A stretch of 64,000 nt of DNA from Octopus sinensis (GCF_006345805.1 NC_043009.1:25110001-25174000); one strand, 5' to 3'; counted from the first letter of the stretch, positions 49,514 through 61,586 are shown. The notes: generated by a model not told the origin, from the letters alone. Made by a program: numbers and translations.

Positions 49514-52130
49514 ATATGTTAATAAAATAGAACATATGCATATATATAAACATATATGTACGTACCTACCTCTACATGTACATATACACGCATATATGTG
49601 TACAGGACACCAAAAAGACGTCGAACACATAGAGAGACGAAAAACATAGACACAAACCAAGGAACAAGACAAGCAAAAAAAGAGATACAGGACAATAAGC
49701 ACAACGAAAAATCCCCTTCTTCAGTCGCTAAGGTTTCATCTACTAAACGTTTCGAAGGATAAAAGCGAGACGTATACTTCGAAAAACTTCCTTCCTGCGA
49801 AAAGCAAATCAATTAAAATTCTGAGATCTTTTCGCAGAGGGGTAAAAAAAGCAAGACGGTAACGACAATACAACATATAAACAGTAAAAAATATATATAT
49901 AACAGTGGGAAAATAAATATATAACAGTGAGAGACAGGACAAGGAGAACAAGATAAGAAGGGCTGTTAACGCCAGACGAAAAAAGTATTGCAAACGCTGG
50001 ATTATAGTGGACGACGAGAGAGAAAGAATGTCGACCATAGCCTTAGAAGGCGGGCGAGAAAAGACAGGATAGCAGTTACGACGGAAGTATCGTCGCAGAT
50101 GGACGACGGAATGGGGGAGGAGGAGCAAGAGGAAGAGAGAGAAGAAGGGGAATGGTGCGAGGAGACCATGAAGACGGTGAGGGGGAGAGAGAGAAGAGGA
50201 GAGACAAGTTAAGTGAGGGAAAAAAGACGAAAAAGGGAATGGGAGAGAAGAAAGAAGAAATGCAGAGTCGCGTGAGAGTTAATATCAAGGCTAACTTGAT
50301 AAACAGAACAATCTTACTTAATAGGGTGCGTGCGTTTAGTCGTATAATATGTTAATAAATAGAAATATGCATATATATAAACATATATGTACGTACCTAC
50401 CTCTACATGTACATATACACGCATATATGTGTACAGGACACCAAAAAGACGTCGAACACATAGAGAGACGAAAACATAGACACAAACCAAGGAACAAGAC
50501 AAGCAAAAAAAGAGAGATACAGGACAATAAGCACAACGAAAAATCCCCTTCTTCAGTCGCTAAGGTTTCATCTACTAAACGTTTCGAAGGATAAAAGCGA
50601 GACGTATACTTCGAAGAAAACTTCCTTCCTGCGAAAAGCAAATCAATTAAAATTCTGAGATCTTTTCGCAGAGGGGTAAAAAAAGCAAGACGGTAACGAC
50701 AATACAAACATATAAACAGTAAAAAATATATATATAAACAGTGGGAAAATAAATATATAACAGTGAGAGACAGGACAAGGAGAACAAGATAAGAAGGGCT
50801 GTTAACGCCAGACGAAAAAAGTATTGCAAACGCTGGATTATAGTGGACGACGAGAGAGAAAGAATGTCGACCAGTAGCCTTAGAAGGCGGGCGAGAAAAA
50901 GACGGATAGCAGTTACGACGGAAGTATCGTCGCAGATGGACGACGGGAGGGGGGAGGAGGAGCAAGAGGAAGAGAGAAGAAGGGGAATGGTGCGAGGAGA
51001 CCATGAAGAACGGTGAGGGGGAGAGAGAGAGAGAAGAAGAACAATTAAGTGAGGGAAAAAAGACAAAAAGGGAATGGAGAGAAAGAAAGAAAGATGCAGA
51101 GTCGCGTGAGAGTTATATCAAGCTAACTTGATAAACAGAACAATCTTACTTAATAGGGTGCGTGCGTTTAGTCGTATAATATGTTAATAAAATAGAACAT
51201 ATGCATATATATAAACATATATGTACGTACCTACCTCTACATGTACATATACACGCATATATGTGTACAGGACACCAAAAAGACGTCGAACACATAGAGA
51301 GACGAAAAACATAGACACAAACCAAGGAACAAGACAAGCAAAAAAAGAGATACAGGACATAAGCACAACGAAAAATCCCCTTCTTCAGTCGCTAAGGTTT
51401 CATCTACTAAACGTTTCGAAGGATAAAAGCGAGACGTATACTTCGAAGAAAACTTCCTTCCTGCGAAAAGCAAATCAATTAAAATTCTGAGATCTTTTCG
51501 CAGAGGGGTAAAAAAAGCAAGACGGTAACGACAATACAACATATAAACAGTAAAAAATATATATATAAACAGTGGGAAAATAAATATATAACAGTGAGAG
51601 ACAGGACAAGGAGAACAAGATAAGAAGGCTGTTAACGCCAGACGAAAAAATATTGCAACGCGGATTATAGTGGACGACGAGAGAGAAAGAATGTCGACCA
51701 GTAGCCTTAGAAGGCGGGCGAGAAAAGACAGGATAGCAGTTACGACGGAAGTATCGTCGCAGATGGACGACGGAATGGGGGAGGGAGCAAGAGGAAGAGA
51801 GAGAAGAAGGGGAATGGTGCGATGAGACCATGAAGAACGGTGAGGGGGAGAGAGAGAGAGGAAGAGACAAGTTAAGTGAGGAAAAAAGACGAAAAAGGGA
51901 ATGGGAGAGAAGAAAGAAAGATGCAGAGTCGCGTGAGTTAATATCAAGGCTAACTTGATAAACAGAACAATCTTACTTAATAGGGTGCGTGCGTTTAGTC
52001 GTATAATATGTTAATAAAATAGAACAATGCATATATATAACATATATGTACGTACCTACCTCTACATGTACATATACACGCATATATGTGTACAGGACAC
52101 CAAAAAGACGTCGAACACATAGAGAGACGA
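49514..52130. repeat. Tandem array of about 3.15 copies of a ~830-bp unit
   Basis: Unit starts (atatgttaataaa) at 49514, 50347, 51179 and 52006; copies differ mainly by 1-2 nt indels. Confidence 0.95.
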
Positions 52131-52711
52131 ACACGCATATACACATATCCGTGGACGCAGAGAAACACACACATGCACACATATATACGCTCTTTCAAAC
52201 ACACGCAAACACAAGCATACATCTACGCACATCCATAAATATAAACGCGCAGACAGAAATTCACACACGCAATACACACTCACACAACCACATACACACT
52301 TACACACGCACACAGACATAAGTAAATACACTTGCCCAACACACATTCACATGCCCTTCCAAACATACACACATACATACGCACATCCAAAAACACACTC
52401 TAATAAATACACAGTGCCGCAAGTCACACGCTTGCACACACAAACAATTCGTACATATACACATAATTCATACGCACAGTCAAACACACCCCTACACACA
52501 TAAATACACGCGTGCCCAAACATACTCCAAAACACACACGCATATACATACATATACCCGAAGAAAATCCTTCACACACACGCACAAATAAGCATATACG
52601 GTATCATTTAAAATGGCCTCGAATACATAATCTGAACGGAAAAGCCTCTACCTGGACGCAGGATATGCTAGAAACTGAAACCAAATCTTCGGACCAAATA
52701 AAAATGTAGTA

Positions 52712-53155
52712 TGACTAGGTGGTAAGAAGGTTGCTTCCCAACCGCATGTTTCCGACATCAGTCCCACCTTGGACAACTGTTTTTTACCAAAGCTCCGGCT
52801 TCTTCCAAAGTCTGGTAAATGGATTTGGCAGACAGAAACTGAAAGAAACCCGTCATATATTCAACTACATCCTCCACACACATATGTGTGTATGTATGTT
52901 TATATGTGTGTGTGATTGTGCGTGTGTGTCTATGTTTACGTTTGCCCTCCACCATCGCATAAAAACCGGTGTTGGCTTCTTTATGTCTCTCATAACAAAA
53001 CAGTTCGGCAAACAGAGAACGTGAGAATTAGTTCCTGATCTAAAATAATAATAATAATGAAAAAAAGTACTCGGGCCAACTTGTTCTTCTAAATCTCTTC
53101 AAGGCGGTGCTCCTGCATGGCCGCAGTCCAATCACTGAAACAAAAACAATGAAAG
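52712..53155 (+). mobile_element. SINE family A, diverged
   Basis: ggtggtaagaaggttgcttcccaaccgcatg ... aaggcggtgctcctgcatggccgcagtccaatcactgaaac. Confidence 0.85.
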
Positions 53156-53400
53156 ATAACGAGATAAAAAAAAAATAAAAGGTAATTGGATAACATTGTC
53201 TTAGAATGACTGTTTAAAGATATCGAAGATGAGATAATGGACGCAATGGTTCCATCATTCATTAGATTTTGGCTGCTGAGAAATGAGTCTTTGTCCGGTC
53301 TACAATACCTTAGCGGATCGATAGAGAAGAGAACGATAAAATAAGAGAAATATCACACTGCAAAATAAGAACTGCAGTCAATGTAATTCACTTAAAGCCT

Positions 53401-53700
53401 TGGAGGCACATGGCTTAGTGTTTACAGCGGCGGACTCGCGGTCGAGGGATCGCGTGTTCGAATCTCAGACCGGGCGATGTGTGTGTTTATGAACGAAACA
53501 CATAAGCTCTACGCGGCTCCGGCAGAAGGTAATGGCGAACTTCTGCTGACTCTTTCGCCACAACTTTCTCTCACTCTTTCCTCTTGCATCTTGCAGCTTA
53601 CCTGCGACGGACCGGCGTCCCGTCCAGGTGGGGAACCTATACGGTAAGGAAACCGGGAAACCGGCTCTTATGTGCCAGGCATGGCTCGAGAAGGAACAAA
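53401..53700 (+). mobile_element. SINE family C with an alternative 3' half
   Basis: ggaggcacatggcttagtg head and gtgttcgaatctc B-box; shares cacaactttctctcactc, then diverges from the 28094 and 47209 copies. Confidence 0.8.
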
Positions 53701-53959
53701 AACCTTAAAGCCTTCAACGTGCTACATCATGGCCGGCTGCTGTCCAGTGACTGAAATACGTGAAAGAGTAACAGAGTATAGAGCTTAGCAGCAGCACCAG
53801 CATTAGTAGTCCTGGCGGCGGCAGCGGTGGGGGTTGATGGTGGTGGTGGTGGTGGTGGTGGTGGTGGTGGTAGTAGTAGTTGAGCGAGTGAGAAAGAACT
53901 AAAATCGAAATAAAGAGAACGAAAAATATATAATGAATGAAAAAGACATGAAAGAGGCA

Positions 53960-54500
53960 GAAGATGAGGGAAAGGGAAAAAGGAAAGAAAGAAAGCAGAA
54001 AGGAAGAAAGGAAGGAAGGAAAGAAAGTAAGAAAGAGAAAGAATGACGAGAAGGAAGGAAGAATTAAAGGAAAGCAGGAAGGAATGAAGAAAGGAGAAAA
54101 GAAAGAAAAAGGAAGAGAAAGAAAGAAAGGAATAAAGAATGAAAGAAAAAGAAAGGAAGTTAGGAAGAAAGAAAGAAAGAAAGAAAGGAAGGGAAGAAAT
54201 AAGAAATAAATGAATAAAAAAGAAAGGAAGTAAGGAAAAAAGAAGGAAAGAAAGAAAAAAAGAAAGAAGAAAGTATGCTTGAAGGAAAGAAAGAAAAATG
54301 ATCGAAAGCAAATGAATGAACGAATAAAGAAACGAATGACTGAATAAGCTACAACAAAGAAAAGGTTAATGAGTAAAATAGAAAGATAGGACGAACGAAG
54401 ACGACGACGACGACGACGACGACGACGAAGAAGAAGAAGAAGAAGAAGAAGAAGAAGAAGAAGAAGAAGAAGAAGAAGAAAAGAAGAAGAAGAAATGTTA
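53960..54500. repeat. Polypurine (GAAA/GAAG)n, then (GAC)n(GAA)n
   Basis: Direct observation. Confidence 0.9.
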
Positions 54501-55094
54501 AAACAACGAAGCGATGAGAAGAAACAAAAGAGAAAGAAAAAACAAAAAACAAAAAAAAAACACAAAAGAAACGAGATATGAAAGAAAGAAGGTGAACGAG
54601 TGAAAGATCGATTGTTGTTATCAAGCGAGACACGCATCAATTATATCGATTTATGGATAGAACTGTTATTGTTGTCATCGTTGTTGTTGATGGTGGTGGT
54701 GGCGGCGGCGGTGGTGGTGTCTGATGCTAAAATGGCTGCCCTGTTAAAACAAAAACAACAAAAAAAATGTCGTTTAGTGTAGTTGAAGTCATGCTTACGC
54801 AGTCTTTCTTCGTTCGGTTATACTTTGTACTCCGGTCTAATGTTCACTTGAGACTACTACTACTACTACTACTACTACTACTGGTAGTGGTGAATGTGGT
54901 GGTGGTGGTACTGTTGTGGTTCTTGACTTTGGTCTATTGAAGCGATTCTTCATTATTTTTGTCTTAGGAACCTTTAAATGATTTTCCAAAAAGGCGTGAA
55001 TCCCAGACATATTTTTCCGGTCAACTCTCTACACTTATTCCGATAAAGCTTTGGCTGGTACAAAACTAGTTATAAGGCAGAATACATACATCAT

Positions 55095-55140
<46 letters not shown>

Positions 55141-55144
55141 GTAT

Positions 55145-55248
<104 letters not shown>

Positions 55249-55438
55249 ATTATATAAAAGGGCTTAGTAAAATAAATTACTTTGCCGCATACTGAACTCA
55301 TTAGAAATAGTAGCTAAAAAAACTTTTTTAAAACTATTTCTAATACTTAAAGAAAACCTCTCTCATATAGTGTTTGCTCAATTCAAGTCACGAAAGTATG
55401 GGGGTAAAGACATTAAAAAATCAAATGCAAAGGTTATT

Positions 55439-55499
55439 TGAGAACGTACGTTTCAAGATTAGTCAACTCGACTTTCTATCATCAGCTCAGAACTCCTTG
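55439..55499 (-). ncRNA. Type I hammerhead ribozyme candidate, copy 1
   Basis: TGAG-CTGATGA-TAGAAAGTCGAGTTGACTAATCTT-GAAA-CGTACG-TT^-CTCA. Confidence 0.6.
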
Positions 55500-56061
55500 G
55501 TTTGATTTGAAAATACTGAAAGTGGGAGCATACCCTTTCGGCTTCTTATCGCTTCTGAAGATCTGCTCGAAACTAACAGTGCCAGCAAACTCAAATATGC
55601 AAGCGAAGAATTCTGCTCTCCCCTTTCCACCAGCGTGGTTAAAATCAGTAACACTATGCTTTTTTCGGTAAAATCCGAGGCATTAAATAGAGAGAGATGA
55701 ATTATAATTTCAACAATTGAGGGTAAAATTAATTATTATTATCAATTTCACCAAGTATTCAGTATGCAAAGGGACCATTTAAGGCGATTCAAATTATTAC
55801 ATTATATAAAAGGGCTTAGTAAAATAAATTACTTTGCCGCATACTGAACTCATTAGATAGTAGCTAAAAAAACTTTTTTAAAAACTATTTCTAATACTTA
55901 AAGAAAACCTCTCTCATATAGTGTTTGCTCAATTCAACTCACGAAAGTATGGGGGTAAAGACATTAAAAACTGTTAGTTTCGAGCAGATCTTCAGAAGCG
56001 ATAAGAAGCCGAAAGGGTATGCTCCCACTTTCAGTGTTTTCAAATCCAAACCAAGGAGTTC

Positions 56062-56113
56062 TGAGCTGATGATAGAAATGTCGAGTTGACTAATCTTGAA
56101 ACGTACGTTCTCA
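56062..56113 (+). ncRNA. Type I hammerhead ribozyme candidate, copy 2
   Basis: TGAG-CTGATGA-TAGAAATGTCGAGTTGACTAATCTT-GAAA-CGTACG-TT^-CTCA; predicted cut after 56109. Confidence 0.6.
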
Positions 56114-56408
56114 AATAACCTTTGCATTTGGTTTTTTAATGTCTTTACCCCCATACTTTCGTGAGTTGAATTGAGCAAACACTATATGAGAGAGGTTTTC
56201 TTTAAGTATTAGAAATAGTTTTAAAAAAGTTTTTTTAGCTACTATTTCTAATGAGTTCAGTATGCGGCAAAGTAATTTATTTTACTAAGCCCTTTTATAT
56301 AATGTAATAATTTGAATTCGCCTTAAATGGTCCCTTTGCATACTGAATACTTGGTGAAATTGATTAATTAATTAATTTTACCCTCAATTGTTGAAATTAT
56401 ATATATAT

Positions 56409-56515
<107 letters not shown>

Positions 56516-56544
56516 CATATATATATACATATATATATATATAT

Positions 56545-56882
56545 TACATGGATTTTTGAAAAGTAAAAAATTGCATTATGTTGCTTGTTATTCTCTTCAA
56601 GTGAACATTTTCCTGGTTGAAATACACCGAAAAGTGGCGACACAGCAGTGAAAAAATCGTAAAAAATAGGGATTTTCATAGAAAAAAGCACCTTTTTTAT
56701 GTAAATAATTTTTGGTGTTAACATGGTCCGATTTGAATTTTATCTTGTACGGAAGGTAGAGCAACCCTTCTTCTATCATACTCTCAGTTTTGTTCAACTT
56801 GCGCCGCAGGGTCTCGGAGGAGATAGTGTTAGCTGAAGGCTACCAAACCTGGCGCACACAGACAACTTCAGCTTTATATAGA
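56545..56882 (-). mobile_element. Non-autonomous Helitron-type element, 5' part
   Basis: Minus strand starts TCTATATAAAGCTGAAGTTGTCTGTGTG, resembling Helitron MITE 5' ends; no 3' CTAG/hairpin found before the (TA)n. Confidence 0.45.
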
Positions 56883-57066
56883 GAGAGATAACACACACAC
56901 ATTAATACACAAACATACACACACACACACACACACACACATGTATGTATGGATGTATGTATGTATATATGTACATCTGTCCACTTCTTGCCATATTTTT
57001 ATCCTTCACTTCCTACACACACACAGACACACACACACCTTCTTAGTTTACAGCATTTGAAATGAT

Positions 57067-57469
57067 AGAGGGAAATCGTAAAATATTGAGTTTTCTCGAA
57101 TTTTTGCTTAATTGGGGGTCAAATTGAAAGAAATTTATATGCCATAACCCAGTGGAATGTACTTCGAAAAATCATAGGTAAATTCCAATTGAAGAAATTG
57201 TGTGAGGAGTAAATCGTTATGTATTTATTTGTTTCTGTTTCCTGTGTATTTTTGAGTGAGAAGGTAGTTGTTTAAGACAGTTGCAAAGTAAAGTGGAGAA
57301 GTGTGGTAATAGAATGAGTGAAGCAGTTGATATGAGAGAGGCAAATCGTAAAATATTTAGTTTTCTCGAATTTTTGCTTAATTGGGGGTCAAATTGAAAA
57401 AAAATTATATGCCATGACCCAATCGAATCTACTTCGAAAAATCATAGGTAAATTCCAGTTGAAGAAATT
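57067..57469. repeat. Two diverged ~133-bp direct repeats (57067-57199, 57337-57469)
   Basis: aaatcgtaaaatatt.agttttctcgaatttttgcttaattgggggtcaaattgaaa...gaaaaatcataggtaaattcca.ttgaagaaatt occurs twice, offset 270 bp. Confidence 0.85.
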
Positions 57470-57552
57470 CTATATTGTACAATTGTATTAAAAAGAAACA
57501 TAGTCACAGGCAGAGAAAATCTGCCTTTTATCATAAGAGAGATATATATATA

Positions 57553-58778
57553 CTAAGTCATCTCATAAATGCGATATTTTTATACTTCTATTTTTTCAAA
57601 ATTACGATAAAGTTCTTTTTTAATCTAAACAATACTCTCCTTCATTTTCTACAATGCTCTTCCATCTATCTGGCAGACTTGCAAGGCTCCCTCTTCTAAA
57701 ATTCATTTGTCTCCGAGGTAAAATAATCCTTCAGTACTGTTCTGATCTCGTCTTCAAAATTCATATTTTTTACGTCCAAATGATTTTGAAGGCTGCAGAA
57801 TAAATGATAATTAAATGGGGCAATGTCCAGCAAATATAGTGGTTGGGGCATCGTTTCCTGTTCAAACTGCTCCAGCCTTTGGAATGTCATCCTCGCTGTA
57901 TGTAGCCGAGCATTATCCCGATGGAAGAACACCTTTCGTCTTGAAGCCAAAGATGATCGTTTTTCTTCTAGCGCTGACTTAAGCCGCTCAAGCTGCTCGC
58001 AGTGTAGATCTCCTTTGCTATCGTTTGATTTGGGTTTAAAAGTTCAAAGTGGACTAAACTTTTTCTATCCCACCAAATAAATAACAACACCTTACGTGGG
58101 TGAAGACTGTCTTTAACCTGGGGTGCCGGTCTTTCTCCTTTCACAACCCAATGTCTTCGTTGCTTGACATTTTTATAGAGAACCCATTTCTCATCACCAG
58201 TCACTATTCGGTCCAAAAGAGGTTCATTCGTTAGAAGTGACAGCAAATAAGAGCACACGCTCCGCTCGAGATTAGACTCGGAAAGTTTGTGAGGAAACCA
58301 TTGACCCAATTTCCTAACTTTTCCAATGGCGTGCAGGTGTCGTTGAATGGTTGAATGACCAAGTTCAAGCTTCTCTGTTAGTTCCTCAACAGTTACGATG
58401 GGATTTTGTTCCACTAGGATTTGTAGGATGTCCTCGTTGAGCTCTACAGATCTTCCAGGACGAAGCTCATCTTCTAGGCTGTAGTTTCCGGCTCGGAATT
58501 TCTGGAACCATTGACACTGGCTTACGCTTATTGTCCGATCCCCGTTGTTGCCTATACTGAACTCATAAAGCAAAATATGCCGAATATACTTTTTTGTCAC
58601 TTCCATTATAGCTTTGGAAAAATAACTGTTAGAATCGAACTGCATTCTTCAAAAGGTGTACTAAGAATAAGGACAAGGTAAAATTACTACCTGTTTTTTT
58701 TTAGCAAGTTTATCCCGTTCGCCTCCGATTTTTAGATCATGCAATTGACAAAAGCGCATTATTTATGGGATGACCCAA
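57553..58778 (-). mobile_element. Mariner (DD34D-type) transposon relic inserted in TA
   Basis: TIR TTGGGTCATCCCATAAATAATGCG (minus, ending at 58778 before TA) and degenerate ctaagtcatctcataaatgcg at 57553 after TA; about 1.23 kb. Confidence 0.85.
57696..58610 (-). pseudogene. Mariner transposase, frameshifted
   Basis: IRHILLYEF, WFQKFRAG, GQWFPHKL (WVPHEL-like), IVTGDEKW, FHRDNARLH, PLYLLDIAPFNYHLF (YSPDLAPSDYHLF-like). Confidence 0.9.
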
Positions 58779-59059
58779 TATATATATATATATATATGTA
58801 TATATATTATATATAATATATATATATATTATATATATATAATATATATATATATATATAATATATATATAACTTTAGTTTCATGCTTTTATGGTACTTC
58901 AAATAGGCATATTTATAAAATACGCCATATTTCAGTTTCTGTTTATGCGTTGTATATACTTTAAAAACTAGGACGCTGGACAGTGGGAGTTTTTAAAAAA
59001 ATGAGAAGAAACACGCGAAGAAAAACAAGAAATGACAAGAAAAAAAAGACGAAAGAAAG

Positions 59060-59400
59060 AAAACCAAGATCCTTGTTTTCCCTGATTGAATATGAGATTT
59101 TTCTGCTACGCATAAGTTGCATTTCGTAGATCCATTTATATATGGCTTGGATTTGTCAACGATTCTGCACTTGATTGTATGTGCTGTGGAGTTGGTCTTC
59201 AAACTCCATACGTGGCTAGCCAACTTAGCTGCATTACTTTCGTCGATATGCCGGAAAAAAGGTGGTCTGCATAACGTCTTTTGAAATCGCCTTCGCATAA
59301 CCCGACGTAACTCTTTCTTTCAATTAAGTTTTCTTGAAGCGTTACTGTTAATTTTGCCTTGCGTATGACCAGTAGCGGACTGGGTCTAAGAATATTGGCT
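59060..59400 (-). pseudogene. Penelope-like element GIY-YIG endonuclease C-terminal fragment
   Basis: KSYVGLCEGDFKRRYADH, then after a frameshift FRH...NAAKLASHVWSLK...KCRIVDKSKPY...KCNLCVAEK, a pattern typical of PLE (Neptune-like) GIY-YIG tails. Confidence 0.75.
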
Positions 59401-59569
59401 GCCAGGAGACTAAGGGGGCTCACCCACAACTACAAGGGGGGTCCACCTGCAACTACAATTTAATTTTTTTTTTCTTTTGTTAAAAGTATTCTTCTCAGCT
59501 GTCTACAAATAGCCAGGCTGAAATAATTAATGCATTCTTCCTGGAGTGAATAAAAAAATTCTCAAACTT

Positions 59570-59845
59570 GAGGGGATGAGTCCCTTAGATACTAACATGG
59601 GTCCCCATATATGGATTCTAATGGCGCAGGCGCCCACTTACCATCGGGCAAGCCGACAACCTGGCCAGTCCGCCACTGTATATGAAGGAGTTTGTCATGC
59701 ACGCCTGGTCAGGCTTCAGGGTCTCGACAGTGACACCAGGGTGTGCCCAGTTGCATTGGGGTTGACTCCTTCGACTAGAACATTTCCAAAATGGTGCCCC
59801 AGCGTGGCTGCACTCTAATGACTGAAACAAATGATAAAAGATATA
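59570..59845 (+). mobile_element. Unclassified short element ending in the family A/LINE-type 3' tail
   Basis: Unique body followed by aatggtgccccagcgtggctgcactctaatgactgaaacaaatgataaaag. Confidence 0.5.
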
Positions 59846-59944
59846 ATACGTACATATACAAATACACACCTATATATGTACATATGTATGTGTGAGTGTT
59901 TGCGTGTGTGCGCGTGTGTGTGTAAGTGTATTCTGTAATCTTTT

Positions 59945-60133
59945 ACTTGATTCAACCATTAGACTGTGGCCATGCTGGGGCACCGCCTTGAAGGGTTTGG
60001 TCAAAAAAGTCCACCCTAGTATTTACCTTCAAGTCGGATATTTATTCTACTGGTGTTCTTTTACCGAAACACTAAGATGTAGAGATCTAAACAAACCAAT
60101 ACCGCTTACCTATTGGTATGGTGGGACAAATGT

Positions 60134-60184
<51 letters not shown>

Positions 60185-60350
60185 CACACACATGCGATGG
60201 ACTTCTTTCAGTTTCCGTCTACCAACTTTACTCACAAGTCTTTGGCCGGTCCGGGACTATTATAGAAGACATATGCCAGACGTGCCTCGTAGTGGGACTG
60301 AACCCGGCGTCATAAGTTTGGGAAGCAAACGTCTTACTACATACTCATGC
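59945..60350 (-). mobile_element. SINE family A
   Basis: gactgtggccatgctggggcaccgcctt (reverse tail); gtagtgggactgaacccgg (reverse B-box). Confidence 0.88.
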
Positions 60351-60439
60351 ATGCACCTATTTGACCCCACATTTTATTTTTGCTGTTCCATTTAATAGTA
60401 ATTATTACCGCTTCTTAAAATTGGATAAAATTGGATAAT

Positions 60440-61502
60440 AAACTATAAGAAAATTATGTGTTTGTTTTAAAATTTGAGATTACACAGAAAGTATTTTACG
60501 TAGGATATGGGCAGTTCCCGTGAGTACTATTTTTTAAATTTCTGCCATTTTGGGGTTTCCTGGTATCTGAGCTACGTAGAAATCAACCCCTTTTGCTATC
60601 ATTCCTAGGACACCTATGACAACAGGAATTGTTTTAGTCATGAGGTTCCACATTTTGTCAATTTCTATTTCGAAATCTTTATACTTGCTCAGTTTTTGGT
60701 AGGTCTTGACAGGTGCATTTATATCGATTGGGACACTCATATCAATGAAGAGGCATGATTTTGTCCTGAAGTCTTTTAATATGATGTCTGGCCTATTCGC
60801 ATCTATCTTTCTGTCAGTTTGAATGGTAAAGCTCTAGAGGAATGAGATGTGATCATTTTCAAGCACTGGGGGTGGTTTGTGTTCCCACTCGTTTTTATCA
60901 TGGGGCAGGTCCATGTTTTTGCAGATTACCAGTGAATATATTGTGCTACTCTATCATGACTGTTGAGATACTCTGTAGGCGCAAGAAGACTGCACATGAA
61001 GACAACATAATCAATGGTTTCATTTTGTTGTTGACATACACGACATGTTTGGCAGTAGCCGTTCTTTAATATGTTGGCTTGGTATTTTCTTGTAGATAGG
61101 CATTTATCTTGGGCTGCTATGGTAAATTCTTCTGCTTCTGATTTTAAGCCAGAAGCCACTAACTATTAATCGATAAGGGCTTTGTCAACATTGGCACTAT
61201 TAGCTCTCTTTGGTATTATCCGTTGAGAGGTTTTTCTTGCCTTTTATCAGTCGGAATATCTAAGGCAGCAGTTTTAGCACGGGTTTTCATACGTTTAGCC
61301 TTTTCTGTGCTTCTTTCCAGTAAGTCTAATTCTGGAATTTGTTGTATTTGGAATTCACTTAGATATTCCTTTGCCTGTTTTGTTACTGAGTATGATGCTT
61401 TCTTGATTTAACTTTGAGACAAGTTTTAACATCCACTCATCAGAGTTTTCTAAGTGTAGGTGTCTAGGCCGATTGTAGCAATCTTCATTGTTAATTCCAG
61501 TT
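60440..61502 (-). mobile_element. RLE-type (R4/Dong-like) non-LTR retrotransposon 3' fragment, second family
   Basis: GLKSEAEEFTIAAQD, CRVCQQQNETIDYVVFMC knuckle, HDRVAQYIHW, KLSKYKDFEIEI, IPVVIGVLG, TGTAHILRK; the 5' end abuts (ATT)n at 61504. Confidence 0.85.
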
Positions 61503-61503
61503 G

Positions 61504-61523
61504 TATTATTATTATTATTATTA

Positions 61524-61586
<63 letters not shown>

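Larger units (their letters stand above)
55250..56401. mobile_element. Penelope-like pseudo-LTR-type repeat in direct plus inverted arrangement, flanked by (TA)n
   Basis: Segment A 55250-55579 recurs inverted at 55971-56302 and partly direct at 55802-55970; segment C 55703-55801 recurs inverted at 56303-56401; each full A carries a hammerhead motif. Confidence 0.7.

Noticed and set aside
49700-49790. Type II hammerhead in the 830-bp unit (minus strand CGAAAC...CTGAAGA)
   Set aside because: Stem III has a C-C mismatch at the closing pair and only 5 nt (AGCGA) are available for stem I, so no valid fold
49750-49870. H/ACA snoRNA in the tandem unit (two hairpins with AGAAAA in the hinge)
   Set aside because: Hairpins are too short, there are no pseudouridylation pockets and no ACA 3 nt from the end
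53714-54640. 308-aa Phe/Leu-rich membrane-like ORF
   Set aside because: Derived from the polypyrimidine strand of (GAAA)n and (GAA)n tracts
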